From IMG/VR virus record IMGVR_UViG_3300029319_000007: a stretch of 64,000 nt of DNA, one strand, 5' to 3'. Source of the stretch: a virus. Position 1 is the stretch's first letter. Each line of letters opens with the position of its first letter. The notes under the pieces are model-generated. The model saw nothing but the letters and a program-made list of their open reading frames with translations. It was not told where the DNA came from and ran no database searches. Shown here in pieces: positions 18,336 to 27,763 of the stretch. The position numbers and the translations under genes are program-made.

Positions 18336-19045
18336 TATTCTTCGTTCTTATGTTTCTGATGTATTGGTCCTATTGGTGTTTGTTCTTTATCTTCTACATT
18401 AAATTGTTCTGCGTCTTCTCTTTCCCATTGTGTGAAATAAGAATCGTCAGTAATACTATCTTCTCTAGTATTCTCAACTGTGTAAAAGTTTTGATCAATA
18501 AGATAACCTGGATTACCTGTTAATCTTTCTTCCATAAATGCGTCATCATACCATATTGTTCTATTATTAGGATATGCAAAAAAGTTTCCGTCATCCATTC
18601 TAAACATGTGAGCACATTTATGTTCAGGATCTTCAGAAAAGTTAGTGTCTAACATTGCTGCCTTATCTTCCCAACCAAAGTCAATTGTAAACATGTAAGT
18701 ACCTTTTCTTTTTGTACCATGCCAGTCAACTAATTCTGCTCTACAGTTTGCTAGTCTATTTCTTCTATTGACATTTACATAAGAACTAAAACAATCCCAA
18801 TACATATGAATATTTAATGGATATTGCGGTGCGTCTTTTTTCCAAACAAACGCATTGATTGGTCTTCTAGTCCAGTTTACACCATTAGGTAATAAACACT
18901 CAAACAATATTGATCTTCTTTCCATACAGTTAACAGTATGTACATCAGCAAAAGTAAAATCACCATGACCTTTTGTATGATTATAAAGATACTCGTTTCT
19001 TATATAAGCACTAAATGGTGGTATGTTATGATTTAGATAAGGCAT
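18335..19045 (-). CDS. conserved phage hypothetical protein
   Basis: YLNHNIPP...EYLY...GHG, GTYMFTID, EHKCAH and AYPNNR motifs; start at 19045 coupled to the nrdA stop. Confidence 0.75.
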   Translation of the reverse strand: MPYLNHNIPPFSAYIRNEYLYNHTKGHGDFTFADVHTVNCMERRSILFECLLPNGVNWTRRPINAFVWKKDAPQYPLNIHMYWDCFSSYVNVNRRNRLANCRAELVDWHGTKRKGTYMFTIDFGWEDKAAMLDTNFSEDPEHKCAHMFRMDDGNFFAYPNNRTIWYDDAFMEERLTGNPGYLIDQNFYTVENTREDSITDDSYFTQWEREDAEQFNVEDKEQTPIGPIHQKHKNEE

Positions 19046-21366
19046 TATATCGCACAACTTTCACAATACTCATCATACTGTTCCTGAGTATCAAATTCTG
19101 ATCTTGTTTTCATTTCGTTTTCTGGTCCCCCTATACTATGTTGTGGTTCATCATTATCATTTTTACCATCATATGTGTTTTGATAGTATGATGTTTTCCA
19201 ACCTAATTTGTAAGTAGTTAGTAAATCTTTTGCCATTGTTGATAGTGGCACTTCATTACCATCATATTGTTCAGGATTATATGACCAGTTGCCTGATATT
19301 GCCTGATCAAAATATTTTTGCATTACTGCAACGATATTTATATAACCCTCATTACTAGGCATATCCCATAGTAAAGTATAATAATTTTTAATGTTAGGAT
19401 AACCAGGTACTATTTGTTTGAGCGGTCCTTTCTTACTCTTTTTAATAGAAAGATAGTCTCTAGGCGGTTCAATGCCATTCGTCTCATTCGAAACAACACT
19501 CGAGCTCTCAGACGGCATTTGTGCTGATAGTGTGGAATGTCGTAACCCTTTTTCCTTGATATTCTTTCTAAGAGTAGACCAATCATAACTTAACTTTCTC
19601 TTTACTATGCTATCAACATCTTTCTTATAAGTGTCAATAGGCAATATTCCGTCAGAATATTTAGTTTTATCAAAATATTCGCATTGACCTTTTTCTACTG
19701 CTAATTGATTACTTGCTTTTAGTAGATAGTATTGAAATGCTTCAGTATATTCATCTACTAGTTTCCATGCGTCTGGACTTTCATATTTCAATTTATTCTT
19801 TGCTAGAAAATGTGCAAGACCAATATAACCAATGCCAAGACTTCTTCTTGCTTTTGTAGATATTTCTGCTGCCTTAACAGGATATTTTTGTAAGTCAATT
19901 AATTCTTCTAAACCTCTAACAGATAAATCACAAAGATTTTCTAGTTCTTCTTTATTCTTTAATGCACCTAAGTTGATTGCACTTAAAATACATAATGCGA
20001 TTTCACCTGCACCGTCTATATGTTGTAAAGGATCAGTAGGCAAAGTAATTTCTTGACAAAGATTAGACATTCTCACAACATCTTTAAAACTAGAATGAGT
20101 ATTACAATGATCTATATTCATGATATAGATACGACCTGTTTCTGCTCTTTCTTTTAATATAGATAAGAATAATTCTTGAGCACCAATCTTTTTCTTTTTT
20201 ACACTTGTTGCTCTTTCATACTTCTCATACAATTCATCAAACTCTGGTGTACCAAATGCTTCATATAAACCAGGCACATCATGAGGTGAAAATAAAGTTA
20301 TTTCTTTATTCTCAATAAATCTTTTATAAAATAATTCTGATAATTGTATAGAGTAATCTAATTTTCTAACTCTATTATCCTCTGTACCTTTATTGTTTTT
20401 TAAAACAATGATGTCTTCTATTTCTTGGTGCCAAATAGGAAAGTGTACAGTTGCACTACCGCCTCGTACACCGTTTTGTGTACAGCACTTAACTGTTGCT
20501 TCAAATTTTTTGAGGAAAGGAATGACGCCAGTATGTTGAACTTCTCCGCCACGAATACGACTATTGATTCCACGGATTCTTCCAGCGTTGATACCAATGC
20601 CTGCCCTTTGGGCGACATAACGCCCAATAGCCATATCACTAGAGAAAATACTAGGTAAAGTATCATCACTATCAACGAGGACACAACTAGAAAACTGACG
20701 AAGAGGAGTACGAACACCTGCCATAACAGGTGTGGGAATATTGATACTGTGTTGCGAAATAGCATTATAATATTTTTTAACATAACTTAATCTCTTTTCT
20801 TTATCATAATTTCTAAACAATGTTGCCGCTATCATCAAATACATAAACTGCGGCGTTTCAAAGACTTGTCCTGACGACCTATCTTGCACAAGATATTTAT
20901 CAATCACTTGTCTAAGACCAGCATAAGAAAAAATATAATCTCTATCGTGTTTGATCATATCATTCATGGTATTGATTTCTTCTTCATCATACCAGTTTAA
21001 AAATTCATCATCATATACACCTAACTTGATACAACTACTTACATGATCTTTCAAGTGTGGGTGTTCCCAAAGTCTATGATGTAATGATTTTCTTAAACTA
21101 AACAATAATAATCTTGCCGCCACATATTGATAGTTAGGATTTTCTAGTGATATTAAATCACTTGCACTTTTGATTAATATTTGTTGTATTTCGTCTGATG
21201 TAATATTGTCAAAAAATTGTAAACCACTACTCATCTCCACTTGTGATTCTGATACACCTGATAGTCCTTCACATGCGTGACTAACCATTTCATGTATCTT
21301 GTCTAAATTAAGAGGTTCTGTCCCCCTACCGTTTCGTTTAATAACATTAATATTGTCTGGCGACAT
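19045..21366 (-). CDS. nrdA: class Ia ribonucleotide reductase alpha subunit with ATP cone
   Basis: VIKRNG cone, PTPVM, SSCVL, SNLCQEI, SNETNGIEP and C-terminal CESC. Confidence 0.97.
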   Translation of the reverse strand: MSPDNINVIKRNGRGTEPLNLDKIHEMVSHACEGLSGVSESQVEMSSGLQFFDNITSDEIQQILIKSASDLISLENPNYQYVAARLLLFSLRKSLHHRLWEHPHLKDHVSSCIKLGVYDDEFLNWYDEEEINTMNDMIKHDRDYIFSYAGLRQVIDKYLVQDRSSGQVFETPQFMYLMIAATLFRNYDKEKRLSYVKKYYNAISQHSINIPTPVMAGVRTPLRQFSSCVLVDSDDTLPSIFSSDMAIGRYVAQRAGIGINAGRIRGINSRIRGGEVQHTGVIPFLKKFEATVKCCTQNGVRGGSATVHFPIWHQEIEDIIVLKNNKGTEDNRVRKLDYSIQLSELFYKRFIENKEITLFSPHDVPGLYEAFGTPEFDELYEKYERATSVKKKKIGAQELFLSILKERAETGRIYIMNIDHCNTHSSFKDVVRMSNLCQEITLPTDPLQHIDGAGEIALCILSAINLGALKNKEELENLCDLSVRGLEELIDLQKYPVKAAEISTKARRSLGIGYIGLAHFLAKNKLKYESPDAWKLVDEYTEAFQYYLLKASNQLAVEKGQCEYFDKTKYSDGILPIDTYKKDVDSIVKRKLSYDWSTLRKNIKEKGLRHSTLSAQMPSESSSVVSNETNGIEPPRDYLSIKKSKKGPLKQIVPGYPNIKNYYTLLWDMPSNEGYINIVAVMQKYFDQAISGNWSYNPEQYDGNEVPLSTMAKDLLTTYKLGWKTSYYQNTYDGKNDNDEPQHSIGGPENEMKTRSEFDTQEQYDEYCESCAI

Positions 21367-22355
21367 TAAACCTCCTTATAATTGTTTAATTGTTGTTGTG
21401 CTGATAATTTTGAAAATGTGTTATTATCTATAATAGTTTGAATTTCTACAGGCGTCATACCTGCAATTATCATGTCATTAATATCTTTATATTTCAACGA
21501 TTTTGGCCAGATACAAACTTTATAATTTTTTAATATAATTTTTTCTAACTTATTCACAATCTCTTTGTTTCTAGGTTCGTTGTCAAATACATAAACAGAA
21601 TTTCTTTTTAGACTAGGCATTTCTAAATCTGAACCTGCAACTGCGATAGAATTAGGTAGAAATAAACTATCAATAGGACCTTCTGTTATATAAATCTTTT
21701 TACTTACATCTAATCGTTCAAGACCAAATATTCTTCTTTTGTTCTCATCTAACTTTATAGTTATATATCTTGGTTCTTCATCACCAAATGAACGACCTTG
21801 AAATGCAAATACTTTATTGTTTACATCATAGAAAGGTATGATTACTCTAGGGTGATCAGATTTAATTGTAGGAAATTTATTAGGTATAATTTTATTTACC
21901 CAATCATAGAAATGCCAAGTGACATAAAACTTATCAGCATAATCTTCTAGTTTTCTTTGTTTGACAAAAAGTTCATATGCCGGATGATCAGATAGTTTAT
22001 CTAATCGTTTTAAGTCTTTTAAAATTTTATCATCAAACTTTACAGGTTCAAATTTAAAATCAGGTTCAGTTGAATTGCGACTACCACTTTTATACTTTTC
22101 TAATACATAAGATTTATATAATTGTGGGTCAACATATTCAACTAATTTACCTAAAGTTGTTCCTTTGCCACAGTTGTGACATTTATAGAACAGATCATTT
22201 TTAGAGCGATAAACATATGCTCTTGCTTTTGTTTTATTTTTTTGAGAATCGCCACAATAGACACATCTAAAGTTATATAGATTCTGACTTTTCTTTTTAA
22301 ATCTATCTAACTTAGGCGATATATTGTATAGGTATTGAATATCAATCTGAGACAT
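21366..22355 (-). CDS. gp61: DNA primase (T4 gp61-like)
   Basis: CVYCGDS...CHNC zinc finger; EGPIDSLF and FDNEPRN TOPRIM motifs. Confidence 0.93.
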   Translation of the reverse strand: MSQIDIQYLYNISPKLDRFKKKSQNLYNFRCVYCGDSQKNKTKARAYVYRSKNDLFYKCHNCGKGTTLGKLVEYVDPQLYKSYVLEKYKSGSRNSTEPDFKFEPVKFDDKILKDLKRLDKLSDHPAYELFVKQRKLEDYADKFYVTWHFYDWVNKIIPNKFPTIKSDHPRVIIPFYDVNNKVFAFQGRSFGDEEPRYITIKLDENKRRIFGLERLDVSKKIYITEGPIDSLFLPNSIAVAGSDLEMPSLKRNSVYVFDNEPRNKEIVNKLEKIILKNYKVCIWPKSLKYKDINDMIIAGMTPVEIQTIIDNNTFSKLSAQQQLNNYKEV

Positions 22356-22367
22356 AATAAGATACTT

Positions 22368-22396
22368 ATTATATCAGAATGCTACGAAAAAGTCAA
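22368..22396 (-). promoter_or_regulatory. sigma70 promoter TTGACT-17-TATAAT for primase/nrd operon
   Basis: -35 at 22391-22396, -10 at 22368-22373. Confidence 0.75.
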
Positions 22397-22417
22397 GCCC
22401 TAAAATTGTTGATTTTA

Positions 22418-22600
22418 CTAATATAAGTGTCTATATAGAAATGAGTGGTTTTTACCATTGAAATTACCACTATCCAACTGTCTCATTCTGTACTCTAAAT
22501 CAGCATGATCTGCTGACTTAGACAAATAGTTTTCTATTATTTGCTCTTTTGACTGGTAAATGTTGAAGTTTGCCAACCATGATAGTATTGATTTTATCAT
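22418..22600 (-). CDS. DUF3563-like small protein
   Basis: ENYLSKSADHADLEYRMRQLD motif. Confidence 0.65.
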   Translation of the reverse strand: MIKSILSWLANFNIYQSKEQIIENYLSKSADHADLEYRMRQLDSGNFNGKNHSFLYRHLY

Positions 22601-22604
22601 TTAA

Positions 22605-22808
22605 CTAGTTTCTTTCTTTTTTAGTTTTGTTATATAAATGGTGTTGTAGTTCTTCTTCCCACCGTGTGCCATATTCAGTTCTGTAATAGCGAACAAGATT
22701 TGGATCCACAGTACCAAGATCATACCCACCAAATACTTTACCCAAAGATGTGAAGAAATGTAATATTGATTGCATGTTTTGTTTCCTTTCATCATTAATA
22801 TATAACAT
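22605..22808 (-). CDS. small hypothetical protein
   Basis: RYYRTEYG motif; likely start at internal MQSILH with GAAAGGA RBS. Confidence 0.55.
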   Translation of the reverse strand: MLYINDERKQNMQSILHFFTSLGKVFGGYDLGTVDPNLVRYYRTEYGTRWEEELQHHLYNKTKKERN

Positions 22809-22900
22809 ACTTTTTACTAAAATTCAATTGTTATTTTGATAAACCCGCCATGCGTTTTTGATATATCAAATGAAGAATGTCTATAACAAAATAAGATACT

Positions 22901-22908
22901 TATAAATA
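22901..22908 (+). promoter_or_regulatory. T4 late promoter TATAAATA, plus strand
   Basis: Exact consensus in intergenic DNA, 8 nt before a plus-strand ATG. Confidence 0.5.
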
Positions 22909-22916
22909 AGTCTGTT

Positions 22917-23099
22917 ATGAATGATGATAAAGAAAAATATAATTGGTCAGGTGTTTATATGGACTGGAATGAAAGATACGGTTGGCACTTAACTAAAGTA
23001 CCAACTTTACATAGTACCTTGCAAAATGAATCCCAAGAGAATAGCACCGCCGATAATCAACCAACGCCATCTCTCAAGGATCCCAACTCTACTATCTAG
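22917..23099 (+). CDS. possible small plus-strand protein
   Basis: ATG just after TATAAATA; 3' half overlaps the opposite-strand gene. Confidence 0.35.
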   Translation: MNDDKEKYNWSGVYMDWNERYGWHLTKVPTLHSTLQNESQENSTADNQPTPSLKDPNSTI

Positions 23100-23414
23100 T
23101 TTATTTTGTACTTGATCTATTGCCTCTCGTAATTCTCTTGATTGTGTACTTATTCTAGAATGTAATTTTTCTAAGTCTTGTTCCCATTCTCGTCTTCTTT
23201 CTTCAAGTATGGAAAATAAATCGTCTTGTGAAGTATCAACTCGTCTTATCTTTTCTTCATGAACGGCAAGCATAGACTTAATGCCAGCAGAAATATCTGT
23301 TAATCTGGTGATTGCGTCATCTAAACGCTCATGTACTTGATTAGATGTTTTTCTATCTGCTTTTAAAACAGCGATATCTTTAATCAGTTCCTTGATCTGA
23401 TTCCCGTTCTCCAC
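23007..23414 (-). CDS. coiled-coil protein with C-terminal TM (holin/XhlA-like candidate)
   Basis: LAVHEEKI...LERWRWLIIGGAILLGF; follows the spanins. Confidence 0.6.
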   Translation of the reverse strand: MENGNQIKELIKDIAVLKADRKTSNQVHERLDDAITRLTDISAGIKSMLAVHEEKIRRVDTSQDDLFSILEERRREWEQDLEKLHSRISTQSRELREAIDQVQNKLDSRVGILERWRWLIIGGAILLGFILQGTM

Positions 23415-23757
23415 CTTCGTAATACTCCTTATAACTTAATATGATTTGATTTTGTTCGTAAAGTTTATTTCGAATATCAGCAAAGTTTGTAGATAGTTTT
23501 TTATATCCTTCGTCTGTCACAGCAAACAAGGCATAATCACCACCTTCTGCTTTCACTCTTTCCATTACTTCATCAACATTATCTTTCGTCACTATAATCC
23601 ATTCTACATCTATTAACTCTAGAGGTTTAGGATTAGGAAGATTAAGAGGTTCTCTTTTCTTCTCTATACTATATGTTTGTAATTCTTTAACTGCTAGTCC
23701 AGCACACCCGTTAAGGAGTAGGCCAAAAACTAGGGCACTCACGATTAGGCGTACCAT
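23380..23757 (-). CDS. o-spanin-like lipoprotein
   Basis: Lipobox LNGC, Pro-rich segment; overlaps the i-spanin 3' end. Confidence 0.7.
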   Translation of the reverse strand: MVRLIVSALVFGLLLNGCAGLAVKELQTYSIEKKREPLNLPNPKPLELIDVEWIIVTKDNVDEVMERVKAEGGDYALFAVTDEGYKKLSTNFADIRNKLYEQNQIILSYKEYYEGGERESDQGTD

Positions 23758-24151
23758 TCAATTCCTCCTCAGTTAAAGGCGACCCACTAGCAATCTCTAC
23801 ACATCTAGCGGCACTTTTACTCGCCCCATTTATAATTTTTTCAACAAGTTTAGGTTTGTTTTCTGCAAGATTACCAATATCATGCTTACCTAATCTTTTA
23901 CTTAAATCTGCTTTATCTTGTTCTAGTTTCTTATTTACTTCTTCTAATTTATTTAAAGTATTTCTTATCTTTCTAAAATCTTCTGCTTGTTGCTCAATAA
24001 CTTGTTTTTGATCTTCAACTGCATTTTCTAACTTTAATTGATTTTCTTTTAGTATTGCATTATCTTTTTGTAGTTTTTGCACATACAGATAACCGCCACC
24101 GGCACCTGCCATCATTACTAATACTAAACCTATTTTAAGACTACTGAACAT
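23711..24151 (-). CDS. i-spanin-like protein
   Basis: N-terminal TM, long coiled coil, C-terminal Cys pair. Confidence 0.7.
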   Translation of the reverse strand: MFSSLKIGLVLVMMAGAGGGYLYVQKLQKDNAILKENQLKLENAVEDQKQVIEQQAEDFRKIRNTLNKLEEVNKKLEQDKADLSKRLGKHDIGNLAENKPKLVEKIINGASKSAARCVEIASGSPLTEEELNGTPNRECPSFWPTP

Positions 24152-24902
24152 CTTCTACCATCTGTTCTCGACATAGACGATAGTAAACACCCATATTATG
24201 ATCTTGGAAAGCATCCCAAGTTTTATTCTGCATTAGACCTCTGTAAGTTCCTTTTAACCATTGCATAAACATAAAACCACGATTGAATCCTTCTCTAGGT
24301 AAACCATCAACATCAAAATAGATAAAATGACCGCCATCACCAGAAACATGATTATAACCCAACCATTCAGGTGGTACTCTTGTCACAATATCATTATTGT
24401 TGCGATATCTATATCTCTCTTTTGATTTAAAAGATTGTATAAACTTTTTGCCACCAACTCTTGGCGAACCGTATGTATATAAGTGAGTAGTTTCTGTATT
24501 CCATCTTGAAGCAGCAAGTGTTGCTAATGCGCCACCTAAACTATGACCAGTAAAGAATACTTCTTCTTTCTTTTGTTTTCTTAACCAGTCTGCAACATCA
24601 GACCATACTTCATTGATGGCATCTCTAAAACCTCTATGCACAAAACCAGTAGGGCACTTAACTTTTCTTATTTTTAAATCTGCTTTAATATCTGCCCATT
24701 GTGTAGGTTCTGTACCTCTAAATGCAACACAAGAACTCTTGCCATCATTCCAACAAAAGACTTGTGTACCGTCTTTATCAAACATTATTGCTTCAGGATC
24801 AAATGCTTTTTGAAATGCTCCTAAATTTTGATAGGCATAAAAACTTGCCTTTGCCATTATAGTTGCATTTTTCCAACTATGTTCTTTACTTACTCCTTGC
24901 AT
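24141..24902 (-). CDS. class 3 lipase (alpha/beta hydrolase)
   Basis: VAFRGT, VHRGF, TGHSLGGALA, YGSPRVG, DIVTRVP and DH motifs. Confidence 0.92.
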   Translation of the reverse strand: MQGVSKEHSWKNATIMAKASFYAYQNLGAFQKAFDPEAIMFDKDGTQVFCWNDGKSSCVAFRGTEPTQWADIKADLKIRKVKCPTGFVHRGFRDAINEVWSDVADWLRKQKKEEVFFTGHSLGGALATLAASRWNTETTHLYTYGSPRVGGKKFIQSFKSKERYRYRNNNDIVTRVPPEWLGYNHVSGDGGHFIYFDVDGLPREGFNRGFMFMQWLKGTYRGLMQNKTWDAFQDHNMGVYYRLCREQMVEDVQ

Positions 24903-25935
24903 TTTTCTTCCTCGCTGTTATGTTCATCATTGGTTTATAAGTACCTAACCCTGGTCCTTTTGCTGTCGCATTAATACCATATGCTTTTGTTGGGTAAGGT
25001 GATTTCATATTACCAATACTTGCGATAGGTCTATGTTGATCGACAGGCATAAATGAACCTATTGCGTTTTTTAATGTTTTAAAACCTTGTACATTACCAT
25101 TCATCATCTTTCGCATTTTAACTTGTTGTTCAGTTTTCAACTTGTTATAAAAATGCAACATGCCCTCTGCTGTCGCAACATCAACTTTCATTTTACCACC
25201 TTTATCAAAGGTAATTTTTTGTGTTCTTTTTTCACTTATAATACTTTCTAAGACTTTTATATTATTATAATTGTCTGAGAAAGGACTATCATATAGAAAC
25301 TCATTTGCTTTTTCTTCTATTGTTTTATGTGTACCAATATTATCAATACTATCTTTAATTTGACTTATGATACTGCCAAACTTCTTTTCATCTTTGATAC
25401 CATGTTTTCTTTTTGCCATATTCATAGCAGTTGCATACATGACACTAGTTGCGTCTTTACCATATCTTTTGACAAACTCTGCTTTTTTAGGTTTTAATTC
25501 TTTTACAAATTTTTCTGCGTCTTTTTCTACACTAGGTGGTACTTTATCTTCTTTGATACCTCTACTAATTTTGTGCCATTGACCGCCACCCATACGATTA
25601 TGTCTTATCGCTCTGACTTCACCAGATTGTGAGTTTTGTAAAATTAATATGCCTTGTGGATTTTTTATTGCCCAAGAATATATCGCACGGTGACCTTCAT
25701 CTTCCATGTTTAGATACTTTGACCATTTTTCAAATTTCTTTTTACCTCGTCTGAATATATCAAACAATGCAGGACTAACATTAAATTGTTTAGTTTTTCT
25801 TTTTACTCTTTTTGCTGTAGGTGGCATAGAAACTGCACCATCACCAGCAACATTTGCTATTTCTTCTTTTTTAGGTTTGAGAGTTTCTTTTAGTGCTAAT
25901 AACTCACTACTAAAATCTGAAAAACTTTTTGACAT
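24886..25935 (-). CDS. putative virion/internal head protein
   Basis: MSKSFSDFSSE leader; EEIANV and RYGKDA..VMYATA modules. Confidence 0.55.
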   Translation of the reverse strand: MSKSFSDFSSELLALKETLKPKKEEIANVAGDGAVSMPPTAKRVKRKTKQFNVSPALFDIFRRGKKKFEKWSKYLNMEDEGHRAIYSWAIKNPQGILILQNSQSGEVRAIRHNRMGGGQWHKISRGIKEDKVPPSVEKDAEKFVKELKPKKAEFVKRYGKDATSVMYATAMNMAKRKHGIKDEKKFGSIISQIKDSIDNIGTHKTIEEKANEFLYDSPFSDNYNNIKVLESIISEKRTQKITFDKGGKMKVDVATAEGMLHFYNKLKTEQQVKMRKMMNGNVQGFKTLKNAIGSFMPVDQHRPIASIGNMKSPYPTKAYGINATAKGPGLGTYKPMMNITARKKNARSK

Positions 25936-26540
25936 TATGCTTCTTCTATATCCTCTATGGTTACTAATAATTCGTCTTTTGTTTTATCATGTATGACTTT
26001 ATATACATCTTGTCCCATTACACTATCTGTAGGAACTGTGTCTGCATATACTATCACCGTATCACCTCTTTTACCAACGACTTTATCATCTTCATCAACA
26101 CCTACATCTTGTGCTAGTTTGTAAGTGCCTTTCAACAGTTTATCAGCAAAAGTAATTTCTTCTCTGATCTCACCGTCTTCTTCTTCAATTAAATCATTGT
26201 CTTTTAAGTATTTATAAAACTCTTTTTCAAGTAATATACCATCACTATCTTGATATTCTTTTACATGTTCTTTAATTAAGAACAGAGCAGCAGCATAACT
26301 CGCTAATCTTGATTTACCACCAGGTAGTTTTTCAATTAGTTTCTTTATATTGAAAACTAACCTGTGTAAAATAGTATATGAGTTTCTTTCTTCAATTTTC
26401 GCAAGTGTCTTATACTTTCTTAAAACTTTGCCTCGTTCATCAATAATACCTAACTTGAATGCTTCAGTCTTATTGAATGGTGTGACTAATAGTTTTAAAA
26501 AACGAAAAGTAATGAAAGCGTCTATTGCTGGACTTGCCAT
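25935..26540 (-). CDS. conserved T4-like phage protein
   Basis: FRFLKLLVTPF...AFKLGIIDERG...SYAAALFLIKE motif. Confidence 0.7.
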   Translation of the reverse strand: MASPAIDAFITFRFLKLLVTPFNKTEAFKLGIIDERGKVLRKYKTLAKIEERNSYTILHRLVFNIKKLIEKLPGGKSRLASYAAALFLIKEHVKEYQDSDGILLEKEFYKYLKDNDLIEEEDGEIREEITFADKLLKGTYKLAQDVGVDEDDKVVGKRGDTVIVYADTVPTDSVMGQDVYKVIHDKTKDELLVTIEDIEEA

Positions 26541-26906
26541 TTAAATACCTTTTAATTTCTCCATCAACTTTTTATCTATTGTTATTTGTGGTATCTCTGT
26601 GTCATTCATATAACTTAGAAATACCAAAAATGTTTTTAGTAGAGACCAGTATTCTTGGTTTATTTTATAGAACAGTAAAACTTTTACTGGTTCTGGACCA
26701 AAAACATTTTGCAATACTATGATATGATTCATGATAAGTCTTTCTTTTAAAATACCTGTTTTTGAATATTTTTTAAATAATCGTTTCAGATATTTAAATC
26801 GCTTCATATCATCATAAAATTCCTTTTCGCCTACGGCTTGAGGATTGTCATAATGTTTTATTGCAAACATAAGGACATTGTCCTTAGTTAGTCTCTCAAA
26901 TAACAT
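26541..26906 (-). CDS. conserved T4-like phage protein
   Basis: FAIKHYDNP...EFYDDMKRFKY...RLIMNHII...NVFG motif. Confidence 0.75.
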   Translation of the reverse strand: MLFERLTKDNVLMFAIKHYDNPQAVGEKEFYDDMKRFKYLKRLFKKYSKTGILKERLIMNHIIVLQNVFGPEPVKVLLFYKINQEYWSLLKTFLVFLSYMNDTEIPQITIDKKLMEKLKGI

Positions 26907-26910
26907 TGAC

Positions 26911-27345
26911 TTACGCTAATTCTGCGTAAACCTTACATGCTCCGTTTTCTAATGTTTCGTACTTTAACTTTAAATTACGCTTTACACCATCATCATTATA
27001 AACTTCACCTGCAGGTTCATCGCCTGTTTTCCCGAAAACACCACCAAACTGTGAAAGAGGAATCGAAACTGATCCACTCTTATCAGACATCTCTGGCAAA
27101 TCGCCAACCATCTCTACTCCTAATCCGTGCAACCTTGATCTTAAAGTATTTACTGCTGCCATAGGGTTGATATGTTCCATGTCTGCGATAGAACCAACAA
27201 ATCGATTTACTCTTGCAACAATCTCGTCACTTCTTAAATCGTTTAAGTTTAGATCACTATCACTTGGTGCATTTACAGGAGTTGTTCTAGCGCCAACCGC
27301 TGTTCTTTTTTCACTTATGTTTTGAAAATCTTTAAATGATTTCAT
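26911..27345 (-). CDS. putative virion protein with capsid-targeting-like leader
   Basis: MKSFKDFQNISE N-terminus; AAGGAG RBS. Confidence 0.6.
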   Translation of the reverse strand: MKSFKDFQNISEKRTAVGARTTPVNAPSDSDLNLNDLRSDEIVARVNRFVGSIADMEHINPMAAVNTLRSRLHGLGVEMVGDLPEMSDKSGSVSIPLSQFGGVFGKTGDEPAGEVYNDDGVKRNLKLKYETLENGACKVYAELA

Positions 27346-27514
27346 CTAACATCTCCTTACTCTCTTTCAAGTCATCACCCATGATTTCTTGAATTATTTT
27401 TTTCTTTTTCTTTTTCTTTGGTTCTACCTTAACATCTTGTTTAGGTTCTACCTTCACTTTTTCTTTATATGCCACCCCACCGGCGCCATATCTAATTATT
27501 TCTTCACTACTCAT
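27332..27514 (-). CDS. small basic hypothetical protein
   Basis: Coupled ORF with KVEPK repeat. Confidence 0.5.
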   Translation of the reverse strand: MSSEEIIRYGAGGVAYKEKVKVEPKQDVKVEPKKKKKKKIIQEIMGDDLKESKEMLDEII

Positions 27515-27720
27515 TACTTAGGTTCCTCAACCTTCATAGTTTCAGTAGCGTCTTCTTTTTTCAATTGTTCACACACTTGAATTGCACCTTCAAGAGCATT
27601 TAAATCAGCGTTTGCTTGTTTAATTGTTTCTTGTGCGGTTCTAATTCTTTCTGCAACTGTCAATTTATTTGCGTTTAATTCTTCAAGTTTTCTATCAATT
27701 TGTTCTTTTGTTATAGTCAT
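27514..27720 (-). CDS. small coiled-coil protein
   Basis: LNALEGAIQVC motif; start at MTITKE with GGAG RBS. Confidence 0.6.
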   Translation of the reverse strand: MTITKEQIDRKLEELNANKLTVAERIRTAQETIKQANADLNALEGAIQVCEQLKKEDATETMKVEEPK

Positions 27721-27737
27721 TATATCTCCAATATGTA

Positions 27738-27755
27738 GGGTGCCCGAAGGCACCC
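27738..27755 (-). terminator. T4-style C(UUCG)G intergenic hairpin
   Basis: GGGTGCC-TTCG-GGCACCC on the minus strand; no U-tract, so it may be a stability or processing hairpin. Confidence 0.6.
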
Positions 27756-27763
27756 CTTAATCA

